IMG/VR virus record: IMGVR_UViG_3300037010_001382 | Location: 61,974 to 125,973 of that record | Reading direction: 5' to 3' (one strand) | Origin: a virus | Length of the DNA: 64,000 nt | Position numbers and translations under genes: made by a program | The notes under the pieces: model-generated | What the model was told of the DNA's origin: nothing | Seen by the model: the letters and a program-made list of their open reading frames with translations, nothing else | Databases searched by the model: none | In this document: positions 8,533 through 21,000 of the stretch, one piece after another | How the letters are laid out: every line of letters starts with the position of its first letter | How positions within the stretch are numbered: position 1 is the stretch's first letter

Positions 8533-8771
8533 TAGAAGGTTACTAATATACCAATCGGTATTGTAATTGCGATATCAGCACAAGCTGTTTTAGCATCAAT
8601 CTTAGATTGCTCTGAGATTGCTCTATTAATAATGTTATTATTTATCTCTTCTAAAGAGTTAGGTCTGAAGTGAGTTATATCTAATGTTATTAGATCAGAA
8701 TCTAATCCCAGTTGAACAGATGTTATGATTGCGTCGTCTATTTGCGAAATTGCAAGAATTTTATAAGTCAT
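8532..8771 (-). CDS. Small fibre-associated protein (possible chaperone)
   Basis: 79 aa, coupled between two fibre genes. Confidence 0.6.
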   Translation of the reverse strand: MTYKILAISQIDDAIITSVQLGLDSDLITLDITHFRPNSLEEINNNIINRAISEQSKIDAKTACADIAITIPIGILVTF

Positions 8772-8772
8772 G

Positions 8773-10113
8773 TTAAGCTACAGTTATTGAGAGAGTGATT
8801 TTAGTAAATGCTGTATTTGAATTTACTACAAATTCTATTATATCTCCTGTTGCAAGGCTTGTAGACCACCCTGTTAAAGTAGAACTTGTGTTCTTTTGAG
8901 CACTAGTTACTGTAGGTAGTGTAGATCCTGCTATAGAAGTAGTTGTAGGAAATGCAGCATATGTAGATCTTTTAACATCTATTATGATGGATCCTGTTAC
9001 ATCACCAACAATTGTCCAACTTGTTATTGTACCAGCTCTTGGCATAAACATGTAACCTTTTGATCCTGCAGATATAGTACCTCCATTACCTGATAGTGTA
9101 ACGCCAATTGTAATTACTGGAGTTACAGAAACATTTATTGTTGTACCAGACATTGATAAACCAGTACCTAATGTTATCTCTTGTACTGCTGTTGTTGTAC
9201 TAGAACTTCCTAATAATCTGGAAGTTGTAGAAACAGCTTGCATTTTAGCATAAGTAACAGCATTAGCTGCTATTGTAGTAACAAACGAACCTGTTCCTGA
9301 ACCTGTAACATTACCTGTTAAGGTAATTGTTTGATCTCCTGTATTTGTGCCTGATAGATTAGAAGCTGTAATAGATCTTATACCTAAAACTACATTTGAT
9401 GTAGCTCCTGTATAAGGTACGTATCCTGTAACAGATGGTATATCTGATAATCCAGCAATTGTAATATCTTTATCAGGTAAAGTATAAACTCTAGGAGCTG
9501 TAAGAGTTGCTAATTTTAAATCTCCATTAAAATTTGTTGTAAATCGTATCTGAGGTATACCTGCTATTTGTTGTAAAGCTAATCCATATCCTGTTGATTG
9601 ATCACTAAAACTAAGTGTATTTGACGCGAGATTAGCTATAAAACCGCCTCCTTGCACACTCATATTATTTGTAGTAGTACTATCTGCATCAGTAACAGAT
9701 TGTAGCGTTCCTCCAGTTACATCATCCAACATTGCAAATGTACCTGTTTTAGGAGGCAATGTCCAAATGTAATTTGCAGACATTGTTGCTGCAACAATAC
9801 CACCTTGATATCCTGATCCTATATTTTGAAATGATATAGCTGGATCACCATTAGCATCTAATATAAGTTGTCCTGTATCTGATGTATCACCAATACTAAT
9901 AGTTGAAGGTACTATTTTAGTAAACCTTGTTCCATCAATAACAGATATATCAGAACCTGTTCCTGTATAATTAAATACTACAGAATTAGTAGTAATATTA
10001 CCAGCATCAGTAATAGTTTGAAATGTACCACCTCCACCTCCAGGTGTATAACCTAAAGCAGCTAAAATACTTTGTGCATAAGTTAAAAATCCCGGACTAA
10101 AAGGATGAGGCAT
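8773..10113 (-). CDS. Tail fibre protein with internal repeats
   Basis: Repeats T[FL]Q.[IV]TDA...TTN and [WY]TLP.K..T.A.L.D; GYVPYTGAT; IAANAVTYAKMQ fibre motifs. Confidence 0.75.
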   Translation of the reverse strand: MPHPFSPGFLTYAQSILAALGYTPGGGGGTFQTITDAGNITTNSVVFNYTGTGSDISVIDGTRFTKIVPSTISIGDTSDTGQLILDANGDPAISFQNIGSGYQGGIVAATMSANYIWTLPPKTGTFAMLDDVTGGTLQSVTDADSTTTNNMSVQGGGFIANLASNTLSFSDQSTGYGLALQQIAGIPQIRFTTNFNGDLKLATLTAPRVYTLPDKDITIAGLSDIPSVTGYVPYTGATSNVVLGIRSITASNLSGTNTGDQTITLTGNVTGSGTGSFVTTIAANAVTYAKMQAVSTTSRLLGSSSTTTAVQEITLGTGLSMSGTTINVSVTPVITIGVTLSGNGGTISAGSKGYMFMPRAGTITSWTIVGDVTGSIIIDVKRSTYAAFPTTTSIAGSTLPTVTSAQKNTSSTLTGWSTSLATGDIIEFVVNSNTAFTKITLSITVA

Positions 10114-10114
10114 A

Positions 10115-10489
10115 TTAAATTATAAAATAATTAGTACCATCAAATTGATATTGCTTTGATGTATTTAAAATAGAAATAACAGAATTAGCACTACCATCTA
10201 TCAATCCTGATGTAGGAACTACAGTTACTGTATTTACATCACTTGATATTTTCTTTATATTATATATCTTACCTTGTGATGCAACTGGTAAAGTTAATGT
10301 AATATTTCCTGCAGTTGTATCTACTAAAACTGTATAATCAACACTTTGAGCAGTATAATTTGCAGTAACAGTTTCTATAGGTAATGTTCCAGAATAAAAC
10401 TTTATATACTGTAACAGTTTCTTAAAAAACTTTATATCTTTAAATAGTTCAACTGTTTCTTTATAATTGTAATTAAATAATTCTGCCAT
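10115..10489 (-). CDS. Putative fibre/virion protein
   Basis: TANYT...DYTVLVDTTAGNITLTLP...G..YNIKK fibre-type domain. Start moved to MAELF because the promoter overlaps the longer start. Confidence 0.7.
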   Translation of the reverse strand: MAELFNYNYKETVELFKDIKFFKKLLQYIKFYSGTLPIETVTANYTAQSVDYTVLVDTTAGNITLTLPVASQGKIYNIKKISSDVNTVTVVPTSGLIDGSANSVISILNTSKQYQFDGTNYFII

Positions 10490-10504
10490 AATATGTATAT
10501 TATG

Positions 10505-10549
10505 CAAAGGTACGCTAAATAGTTGGTTTTATCCAGTTTAGCGTACCTT
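10505..10549 (-). promoter_or_regulatory. -7 promoter box inside a 14-bp inverted repeat
   Basis: TACCTTTG on the minus strand (10505-10512); AAAGGTACGCTAAA...TTTAGCGTACCTTT. Confidence 0.65.
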
Positions 10550-10601
10550 TTTACAATATTATAAGCGCATTATATAGCATTATTATATTATCTCTTGTTG
10601 C

Positions 10602-13600
10602 TTATTTAGCTAGCTTCTTATTACCAACTTGTATACCTAATTCCTTTGCTAAATCAGGCATTAACACTGATATATAACTAGGAAATTGAGCTGATACAGG
10701 TAACATTTTCATAGCATATTTTGCTGGATGTGCATTCTTTACTTTTTCTTCATCATTCAATAATTTACCTAATCCATAATCTGCAAAACTACCACTAAAT
10801 CTAGCAGCATCTGTAAGTAATCCTAAAGTAGGAAATAATGAACCATTTACTATATTCTGCATTGAAATAGGATTATAATATAAGTTAATTTCCTCATAAG
10901 ATCGTTCTAGTACTCTTTCTGTAAAAGCATAATAACCTTTTTTATCTTTATCAGCATCATGTGCAACAGCAATTAATCCTGCAAGAGCACTCGCTAATAA
11001 CATCATACAAGCTATTTCTTTTGTTTGCTGAGCTATGTTTTTTCTTACTAAATCATAGAATTGCTCTTTAGTCATATCAAACTTTCCACCTCTTTCTTTT
11101 TCAAAATCAGCTTTCTTTTGTTCATATAACTTTTCCATTAAACCTATTCCTTTATCTGTAACTCTATACATTGATGTCATATCAGAAATAGAAGATAATC
11201 CATTTTCAACTATTAATTTACCCATCATCCTAATACGACCCCATTTGTATTCTTGTATAGATTCACTATGCTTTAAATCTACAAATCTAGTATCTATCAT
11301 ACCAAAGATCCAGTTGTGAAACATTGATAACTGACGACCTAAAACTGTCATTCTTAAGCGAGATTCATTTTCTGTAGAGATGTTACCTGATACTTTGCGA
11401 CCAATAGTTCTTACTAAACCTTTAAATTGAGCAACAGTAGCATTATCCATATCAAGACCATCTATCTTTAGCTTACCATCTACCATAGAAGCTTTATTTA
11501 TAAGACCATGTTGTTCTACTAGTTCTTTTACTCTATTTTCTAAATTAGAAGCTATTTCATCTCTTTCAGATTTAGATTTTGTTAAATCATATCTAGCTTG
11601 ACCATCAAGCATTCTTTGATACTTATAAGCATTATGTATTTTTCCATCTATTATAATTGTATTATCAAGCATTGCGCCAAAGTTTACATACTGAACGTAA
11701 TCATGCGCTCGTTTAATCATACCCATTAAGAAATCTGAAGCGGATTGGTTCGTGAGATGAGATAGCGACAATGCATTCATTTCATGTTGCATTTGACCAT
11801 CTACAGGCCAGAAATGCTTCAGTAATGCAATATGTAATTCAGCATTACCTTTGTAGAACTGCAGTTGAGTATGTCTCAATTCATGTGCAAAGTAATCTTT
11901 TGTACTATAATATTCTCCTGCGCCTATTAATCCTTGAATATTTGTACTTAAAAAACGATAAGTAGAAGCTCCAACATTTATACCTAGAACTTTTATCTGC
12001 TGTATTGTTTTCATTGCTTCAAGCGTCTTCATAAATGAAAAGTGACGTTGACCATTCAATTCAGGCATTATTTCAAATCCAAGACGTTTGTTCATCTTTT
12101 CTCTTATATTATTCCAAGTATCATTAATAGCTTTTCTTGATGCTATGTCTGTATACCTACTTTTAACATAAGATTGATCATATAGTTGATTTTGTACGAA
12201 ATCTTTTAATAATTGATAATTTTGATCATTATCACGTTTAGGATCTGCACCTTCAATTAAATTACCAAATATATTAGCTTGCAAAGATTCTTTATTCTTT
12301 TCAGCCCATAATAGCAATTTTGTAGATTCTTCTATCTTACTTTTACCATCATATTCCATTACTTTAGCAGTATATAGTGCTAAGTTTTTAACTATATCAT
12401 CAGATACATTAGAATGATCTATATAAGTTTTACCATCTGTACCTACTACTTCTTTACCGAAATCATTTGTAAAGTATTTTACTAAAGAATCTACCTGATC
12501 ATTTGCAAGTCTATCATATTTACCAAAATCTATATCAGTACGTCCTACAGTTAATGAATTAACAATAGAATCCATAAATGAATACTTACCACCAAATACA
12601 ACTTTATCTGCTAGGCTCTTGTGTAAGAAAGGTAAGAATGTTGTCATTCTATCATACTCGAGATAGCCTGAGGAAGTTGCAATTCTGTTTATCTTTTGTG
12701 CATAATTATATAATGCTAATACAGGAGCATTTTCTGGTTTGTCTACCAAATTCTTATATTCATCACTTCTCCATGTTTCTTTCTTAGGAAACTTTCTTAT
12801 CTCTGGTTTGAAGTATATCTCAGAACCATTAATATCGTATTCTGTACCCTTTTTCTCCTCATACTGAGCTTGAAAGTATGGATCTTGAATGTTATCTCTT
12901 GAGTATTTATAAGCCTTAGTTTTCTCTTCTATTGCCCATTTCTTGACAGCTTCTGTATCAATATTTTCCTTTATCCACTTAAGATTCTCAGCATTCTTTT
13001 CTTTCTGTTTATCTCCTAAGGTAGTATAAAATTCTTTCTTATATTCTCTTACTAATCTATTAGCATAATGACCTTTCTCATCTTTCTGCTTAATAGCATC
13101 TAATAAATCTTTATTAGAACGACCTTTCAACCAACCTTGTACACCTTCATAAACAGTATTAAGCTCATTAAGATGTTCTCTTGTTCTATTTTGATACTGA
13201 TTACGTGTATTTTCCATCATGCGTGTAAACACATAATGCGCTTTTGTTGTAGCTTCAGTAAATGGTTGTGCATTACCTTCATACCAACCTACTGTCTTTT
13301 CTGGTAATAGTAAATTCTCTATACCATATTTAGTTGCAAGTTTATCTTGTACAAATTCACGCTTAACTTCATCTAATCTATGTAATGCTTCTAATGCATG
13401 AACAGATGCATTTTTCAAATTATCAAATAGTTTCTTTTCAGAAGGACTAGGATTATCATAGAAGTCTTTGTATCTCAAGTACATATCACTGAAGGTACGT
13501 AATTGATCTGATAGTTTATTTAATTTAGACGATTCAGCTGCAAAATCTGCTTCTGTAAAATCAGCAACAGGTTTTGTTCTGACATCTCTTATAAAATTAG

Positions 13601-15068
13601 AAACAATAATATCAGAAGATTTAGCACTCATTTCAATTAGATTGATAAGTGGTGGAATACCTTTCTGATTCTGTACAGCACGTATGGTCCTTCTGATGCC
13701 TTTCATAGCTTCAGAATTCTCATCACTATATTTCTGATTGTCTTTAGATTTATAAACATCTATTAAGCTTTGTATCAACTTATCAGTTTGTTCATTACCT
13801 GAAGATTGATCCCATGTTGGTACTGGATCTATACTTTTTCTGTTATTTGATGCACTGTTAAATCCATCCCAGTTTGCAGCAGTTATACTAATTTTATTTA
13901 CTGCTATATACATTGGAACAACTTCACTTTTATCAAATTGTTTTATTCCATATGCATTCTTTAGAATACCTTTTGTCTGATTAAGATAATCAAGCATTAA
14001 TTCCTGATCTTTAGGACGAACATCTCTAGGACCTTCTTGATGAATAGGTTTCCAGTTACCTTCTCCTATAACATCAAATGAGAATATATCAGCTTTACCA
14101 TTTGGTTTTAAAGCTAAGAAATCTACACGAGATGCTTTATCATAAGTTTGATTATAAACAGGTTTATTATAAATAAATCTTGTATTTATAGGATATGATT
14201 CTACTCTTTGTTTTAGAGCAGATTCCATCATACTATAAACAGCAGGAAATTTACCATCCTTACCTTCTTCTAAAGGTTCAATAGTATCTCTCATGCGACC
14301 ATTCTTATCTACTAGACGATCCATTATATGCTCCATGTGATCATGTAATTGCATTGCGAGACGTCTACCCACTTCTGTTTGAATTCCTACTGATTCATCA
14401 TTAGTTTTATTTTTTACTATATGACCATCTTTAGTTTCATATGTAGAAGTTAGCTTACCATCTTTTAACTTTTGTATCAGTTTAACTTCACTTCCTACTT
14501 GTTGCAACTTTGCAAACTTTTCATCTACATCTTTTTCTATCTTAGGATCCATAGGAGCAGGATTCTCTATATGAGGATCTGCTGTTACAGATGTTAGAGT
14601 ATGTCCTGGTTTACCTTGAAAAGATACTGTACTACCAGCGACAGGAGATAAAGCATCAAATAATGGAGTTGAAAAGGCAGTAGTAGCTGCACCATTACCT
14701 GCAGATCCTGTAGTTAAATTAGGATTACCATTAGGCACAGAATCACCAAAGCGATCTATTCCTGAAGGTTCTTGTGTTGCATAAAAAGTTTCTACGTAAT
14801 GATCATAATATTTATCTACTAATTTAGCACTAGGATTTATAGTAACGGAATGACCGTCAGAGTGTTGTTCTCTGACGGCTATATCCTCTTTATACTCTTT
14901 ATTAATTTTTCTAACAAGCGACTCAGCTACTTTATAAGCTCCACCTTTAGGATAATCACTCTCTCGTACAAAGAGAGTGTTATCATCTATTTTCCTAATG
15001 GTATCTCTTGTTTCTTGACGCATAATATACTTTATTATGCTTTTTTCTGTGTCTACTTTACACTTCAT
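10602..15068 (-). CDS. Large virion/ejection protein
   Basis: 1488 aa, helical with a hydrophobic C-terminal segment; directly downstream of the virion RNAP, as in crAss-like gene order. Confidence 0.75.
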   Translation of the reverse strand: MKCKVDTEKSIIKYIMRQETRDTIRKIDDNTLFVRESDYPKGGAYKVAESLVRKINKEYKEDIAVREQHSDGHSVTINPSAKLVDKYYDHYVETFYATQEPSGIDRFGDSVPNGNPNLTTGSAGNGAATTAFSTPLFDALSPVAGSTVSFQGKPGHTLTSVTADPHIENPAPMDPKIEKDVDEKFAKLQQVGSEVKLIQKLKDGKLTSTYETKDGHIVKNKTNDESVGIQTEVGRRLAMQLHDHMEHIMDRLVDKNGRMRDTIEPLEEGKDGKFPAVYSMMESALKQRVESYPINTRFIYNKPVYNQTYDKASRVDFLALKPNGKADIFSFDVIGEGNWKPIHQEGPRDVRPKDQELMLDYLNQTKGILKNAYGIKQFDKSEVVPMYIAVNKISITAANWDGFNSASNNRKSIDPVPTWDQSSGNEQTDKLIQSLIDVYKSKDNQKYSDENSEAMKGIRRTIRAVQNQKGIPPLINLIEMSAKSSDIIVSNFIRDVRTKPVADFTEADFAAESSKLNKLSDQLRTFSDMYLRYKDFYDNPSPSEKKLFDNLKNASVHALEALHRLDEVKREFVQDKLATKYGIENLLLPEKTVGWYEGNAQPFTEATTKAHYVFTRMMENTRNQYQNRTREHLNELNTVYEGVQGWLKGRSNKDLLDAIKQKDEKGHYANRLVREYKKEFYTTLGDKQKEKNAENLKWIKENIDTEAVKKWAIEEKTKAYKYSRDNIQDPYFQAQYEEKKGTEYDINGSEIYFKPEIRKFPKKETWRSDEYKNLVDKPENAPVLALYNYAQKINRIATSSGYLEYDRMTTFLPFLHKSLADKVVFGGKYSFMDSIVNSLTVGRTDIDFGKYDRLANDQVDSLVKYFTNDFGKEVVGTDGKTYIDHSNVSDDIVKNLALYTAKVMEYDGKSKIEESTKLLLWAEKNKESLQANIFGNLIEGADPKRDNDQNYQLLKDFVQNQLYDQSYVKSRYTDIASRKAINDTWNNIREKMNKRLGFEIMPELNGQRHFSFMKTLEAMKTIQQIKVLGINVGASTYRFLSTNIQGLIGAGEYYSTKDYFAHELRHTQLQFYKGNAELHIALLKHFWPVDGQMQHEMNALSLSHLTNQSASDFLMGMIKRAHDYVQYVNFGAMLDNTIIIDGKIHNAYKYQRMLDGQARYDLTKSKSERDEIASNLENRVKELVEQHGLINKASMVDGKLKIDGLDMDNATVAQFKGLVRTIGRKVSGNISTENESRLRMTVLGRQLSMFHNWIFGMIDTRFVDLKHSESIQEYKWGRIRMMGKLIVENGLSSISDMTSMYRVTDKGIGLMEKLYEQKKADFEKERGGKFDMTKEQFYDLVRKNIAQQTKEIACMMLLASALAGLIAVAHDADKDKKGYYAFTERVLERSYEEINLYYNPISMQNIVNGSLFPTLGLLTDAARFSGSFADYGLGKLLNDEEKVKNAHPAKYAMKMLPVSAQFPSYISVLMPDLAKELGIQVGNKKLAK

Positions 15069-15069
15069 A

Positions 15070-18000
15070 TTAGCAGTTATTTTCCTCTGTTAAATCTATT
15101 GGTGGCAAACCATCTGGTTCTACTTTATTAGGATCTTTATTACCTATCAGTTTTTCGTACTTTTCAAGTACATCTTTTCTGATACCAGAATCTGCAGATA
15201 ATTCAGCTCCCATATTGCTTTCTGCCATTGTAAATATACGACCATCATTTGTTACAGCATACTTAATTCCATTCTTAGCTTCAACAAGCTTATGTGGTAA
15301 GAATCCTGATTTTAACAAAGCTTTGTTGATTAGTTTCTTATCCTTAACTGGATCTAACTGATCTCCTGTAGTTTTATTATAAACTTGTCCTGTTGGAGTA
15401 ACACTTAATGACCAATCAGATTTATCATCTTTCTTGACTGTTACTTCTACATTCTTTGGTGTATTATCTGGTTCTACAAAGTTACCACTTTTTTCTGGTT
15501 CTACCAAATTCTCTTTTGGCTTTAAAAAACCATCTTCATCAAGTTCTTGAAAATTACCTTCTTCGTCAGTAACACCTTGCTTCTTTAGCGACTCGTGATA
15601 TTCACGCATATCATCATAGAATTCTTGTATTCCTTCTATAATAGCACTATGTGGTATTTCTGCAGGCACTTGATAACCATCTGTTCTTAGAACTGACATT
15701 GGACTATCTGGAGTATGCTCTTCGAGTAAACGACCATCGCCCTTTGTAGAAATTGGAACATATAAGTACCATTCTTGACCACCTTCTTGAATAGTAAATT
15801 CTTTACCATCTTTACCACGTACTTTCTGTAAGAAGTAACTTGGATCTTTTACTACTGGATCTAAATCTTGTGATCTAGCTATAGCATTAGAAATACTTTC
15901 TGCATGTAAAGTTATGAAATCATATTGTGCAGACAAGTTATCAAGAGGTAATTTAAAAGGTATATAATCTTGGTATGGTCTGTAAGCAAACTCTACCTTA
16001 TCATTAGGATCATACATATCCCTCTTTGTTAAACCAATTGTTTTCTTTGTAGTATTACCAGTTTTATTTATAATCTTAGTGGCATTATCTACAGCTTCTT
16101 TTTTGGTAGCTCCTCGAGATATCTCTCGTCCTGTTTTATCATTAATAACAGCAAATTGTCCATCTTCAGTTTCATGAACCATAAGCTTCAACTTAGGATG
16201 ATCTTCACTTGTGATACGATTACCTTTAATTGCAGTTTCAGCTCTTTTTCTTCCTATTACTTTCTTTGTAGATTCTTCTTCTTCAGAATTAATCTTTAAA
16301 TCTGCAACTGGATGATATTCATTTACTGTCTTAGCAGTTTTCTCAGCATAAGGAACACTCCAACTCTCATTAGCACGTTCTCTTATTGATTTGAAAACTT
16401 CAGCAATGTCTGGAGAAACTCTATACTTAGATTTACCAGAACCATCTTCGTTCATGTCCCATATTTCTTTTTCTTGTGGAACAATCTTTTTATCTTGCCA
16501 CTTATTTCTGAAAAAGTCTTTAGAATCATAAAACTTCTGAAGCATTTCTTCACTATTTACTTTACCATTATTATCAACTAATTCATTGATTGCTGGCGAT
16601 ACTATCTTAGCATAATCTTCAGCTGGCATATACTTGCCAAATGATATATCAGAGTTAGCTAATCCTGATTGTAAAAACGATGCAATTAATATATCATTGT
16701 ACAAATCTTTATATTTCAAAGGAATTGTAGAATCTCTAAATTCACGCATTGCATCTGTTAGAACATCAATAGAGAATGAATCTGTTGGTTTAGAAGATAA
16801 GAAGATATTTTTAATATCTGCAACATTCTTCTTTGTTTTAACAACTAATCTCTTTAAGAATAAACTATTTGCAATATCACTATTTGAATCATTCTTAAGA
16901 TCTTTTCTTAATTGCTTGATACGTGCTGATATACTTGTTTTCTTATCAATAAGTAATTCATGTATACGTTCATTGTATCTCTTGTCAGTAACACCTTCAT
17001 ATTCTTTTCTACTTAAAGCATTAAGATCTGAATTTTGTACTAAGAAGCTTATTAAGTTTTCTTCTACAGCTTGAGCAGCTCTTTGATAATTATCACCACT
17101 CATTCTTGAAGGTAACATATTAAGAATACCTTTTACGTATGTTCTAACTATAGGATGTCCTATTTTGAACATTGATTCGTTAATAGCGACTGAAGATTGA
17201 CCAACATGTTTCATTAAGTTTTCTAAATGATTAGCTTGCAAAAGCTCATCTATAGATGAAATTATGATACTTGTTCTAGCTTTTTCTACTATATCTCTTT
17301 TACGAAGTTGCATATTAGGTTCAGCCATTGATTTAGTATCCCATGTAGAAGCTTCTTGCATTACAAACATATGATCTGATATAACTTTATATTTCAGGAA
17401 TTCCTGTAATATTGCATGTTGTTCCAGATTCTTTTCTTTAGAAGACAATTGTCCATCTTTATAGAATGATCTGATATTTTCTGGCAAAGCTCCTAAGAAT
17501 TGAGGATTATCAAATCCTTCCTTCATACGTTCATTAATAGCTTTCTGCATATTAATAGACCAAGCTTTCTTTTCAACAGCAGTTCTATTTGGAATATCTA
17601 CAGGAAACATATCAAATAATGACCTTCTTTCTGTAGAATCTACTCTTTTCAGCATAAATGTACTATCATTCTTAGCGAGCATTTTTACGAATTCTCTTAT
17701 GATAGGTTGGTTAGTAAATAACCCTGCTGTTTCTGGATCTATGCCCATTTTCAACATTGTAAAATAAGTCGAACTTATCATGTGATGTTGTATGATGTTC
17801 ATTATCCATGCACCTTTCGCAACGTCAGCATAACCATCTATACCTTGTGATATGTTATCTGATATCACTTGTTTTTTATTATCTGTTACTCCTGAAAAAG
17901 TAGGCAAAGCACGTCCTTGTTCAAATGGAACTTTTTCTAATGCACCAGCTTGTGCATTCCATCTATATGTATAATTTACTGTTGTTTTGTTATGTGGTAA

Positions 18001-21000
18001 TAATATTTTTGTATCACCTATAAATGTTTGCTCAATCTTTGATAATCTAGATTTAAACAATGGTTCAATAACAACTTGTGCTAATTGATTGATTGAGTGA
18101 TTCTTTTGATTATTAGCAGCAATAGATAAATCTTGTTTACCAGTGATAAATGCGTGTCTTGCTTCTGACATGAACATAGGATCTAAAACAGATCCAGTCT
18201 TATCTGCAGTGAATTCATTTGGAGCCAATTTTTCCAACATTTTAGAAATACCTTTCAGTAGTTCTGCATTATTTGGTTTAACTAATCTTTCATAGTTTTC
18301 TGGATCTAAAATCATTTCACTTAGAGAGTCATAATATGCATTTTGCAATGATTGCTTATACAACTTTTGAGCATAGCTTTCAATCTTTTCAGCTTCTGAA
18401 GCATTAGCATTTTCAAGCGCTTCTACTTCTTCTTCTGTCATTTCTTCAGAAGGTAAATCTATTACATCTTTAGAAACTTCTTCTTGTTTAAGAGTCTTCT
18501 TAAGTTCAGTAGCAATCTCTCTAAATTGACTTAAAGCAGCTTCACCTGTGCCTAAATATGGAACAGCTTTTGCATTACCATCTTTATCAAGATAAACATT
18601 CTTTAAGTATGTATTCAATTTATCGACGTCAAAGTCAGAACCAGCTTTTGCTGTAATAGCTTCTGGAACTACTATTGAATCCCCCATATATTCTGGTAAG
18701 AAACCTTTGATAACAAATGCTTCTAAAGAGTTCATTTCCTGTGTAGGAATACGAAAACCTATACCATGTAATAATTCAGGGTTTTCATTAAGATGTAGCA
18801 TTATTTCTTCATCTGTAGCATCTTTCCAACGTTCATGACTACGCATTTGTTTTGGAACTTCAGAAGTTATAATAACTTCCATACGTGATACAGACTTTCT
18901 CTGACCAGCTTTCTTATGACCTTCTGGATAATATTCTGCTTCATAGAACTTAAGTCCATCAGATACTAATCTTGATTGACCTGTATAATTACCATCCTTA
19001 TCTTTGACTTGAACAGTTCTTATTTCTTTTCCATTAACGCTACCAACCATTATACCAGGAATCATGATCTTTGGACCACCATTCTGCTTAGGCTTAGCAA
19101 TTGATTTATCTACATAAGAGAAGATAATATCCTTAATTTGCTTATAGTTAGATATTGCTTCTAATGGAGTATTCCATGTTCCTGATTCTTCATTAAAAGA
19201 TAAAGCATCTTTTAAGTTCTGAGATACATCTCTTCTGAGTAATTCTTCTCTTAAAAGAGCTTCTATCTTAGGCATATTTTCTCTAGGAATAGAAAATCCA
19301 CCACCTGTTTCAGCATTATCAACTATACCTAATTTCTTAAGTAATTCTGTATAACCATGATCTTGCATTGCTTTAAGCAAATTGCAATTATGATCAAATT
19401 TACGATATCTTTCTGAATGTTTGATTTTATCCGCTTCAGATAGCTTACGCCAATCACCTATTTTCTTATCGAAATCTGTAGGAGCAGCATTATCAAATGT
19501 ATTAAGATTAACCAATGTTGAAGCCTGTGTACCAAAAGAGTTATCATGGTGATTACCTGCAGTTTCAGTTTGTATACCTAAGTATTTGAAACTCAAATCA
19601 TTCCTTGTGTTATCTTTAGGACTTTCTTCATTTAAAGTACCATCTTCATTATAAATATCATGCAATTTATTTTTACCAATCTTACGACCTGAATCTGCAA
19701 CAGCATAATGAACACCTTCTTCAACCATATGTAAGAATAACTTCTCTAATGGTGTACCTCTAACTATTTCATAAGTCATTGGCGCAAGAGAATATTTATC
19801 TAATACAAGATTACCAGTCTGATCAACACCTGAATAAATTGGTTTCAAGATATTCAATGTACGATCAACGTTCATTTTCTTTATGCGTTTCTCATCATAA
19901 GCTTTTATTTCTGGACGATAATAATTCTTAGCATTAGCATCTTCAGTCTGCAAATGTCCATCTTGATACATCAACTGTCTGTCTTTAGCTAAAACATAAT
20001 CATACATTTTATCATGTGCGATAGTACCACGTCCACTCTTATAAACTATTTCTCTATGACCTGTTAAAGTAATGAAACCTGAACCATCTGTAGGATTTAT
20101 AGATTTATAAGCATCTTGTAAGATTTCACGAGCTTTAGCATTTCCAGCTAATAGACGTGCATCTTCTGTTATACCTACAAAACTATTAGCTCCGTGAGAT
20201 ACCTGTACTACATCTTGGTCTCTAAAGTTAACAGTCTTTAATACATCTGTATACTTTCTGTATCCATAGTCACCTTCTCGTAATGTAATAACTTTATCAA
20301 CAACTTCATCTTGCCCACTCTCAAGATCATTTGTAAGCTCTAATGTCTTACCAACTTTAATCTTGTTTAATGTTTCATTTAATGTATTGTTGAACTTTGG
20401 ATCATCGTATATCATTGTTTCACGTGGAGACATGAATGACTTGATACGTTTTAGTGGATCCTTAATAGCAGCTACATCACCAAAATAAATCTTGAACATT
20501 TCTATATTGTTTATCATATAGTTTGTGTTCCTGAACTTTAATAACTTCTTAAGATTGTCTTCTGTAAATAGAGCATTCTTATCTTTACGTTGCAATTCAT
20601 TAGATGCAACAAATTCCATATTGAAGTTCTTTATACGATAATATTCACTACCTTCAGCTTTAGTAATAGAACCTGCTTTAACAAGATACTGAAGCATTAC
20701 ATCAGCATCATCATCTAATTTCTTGATGAATTCATCTTTGTTAAGATTTTCATCTGCATATCCACCAGCTAAATCATGCATTAATGATTTATATTTAGGA
20801 TCTATTTTACCATCTATACCTGTAGCAATTCCTTTTTCTACTTGATAGTAATTATTGAATATATCATAGATTGTATCATTAACGCCTTCTTCGTGGAATG
20901 ACTTCCAAGGTACTATATGTTCCATTTTAAGTGTCCATTCTGTCTTGGAATCTGCTGGTACTAGTATGTAATATAACTTGCTTAAATTGGCATTTATTTC

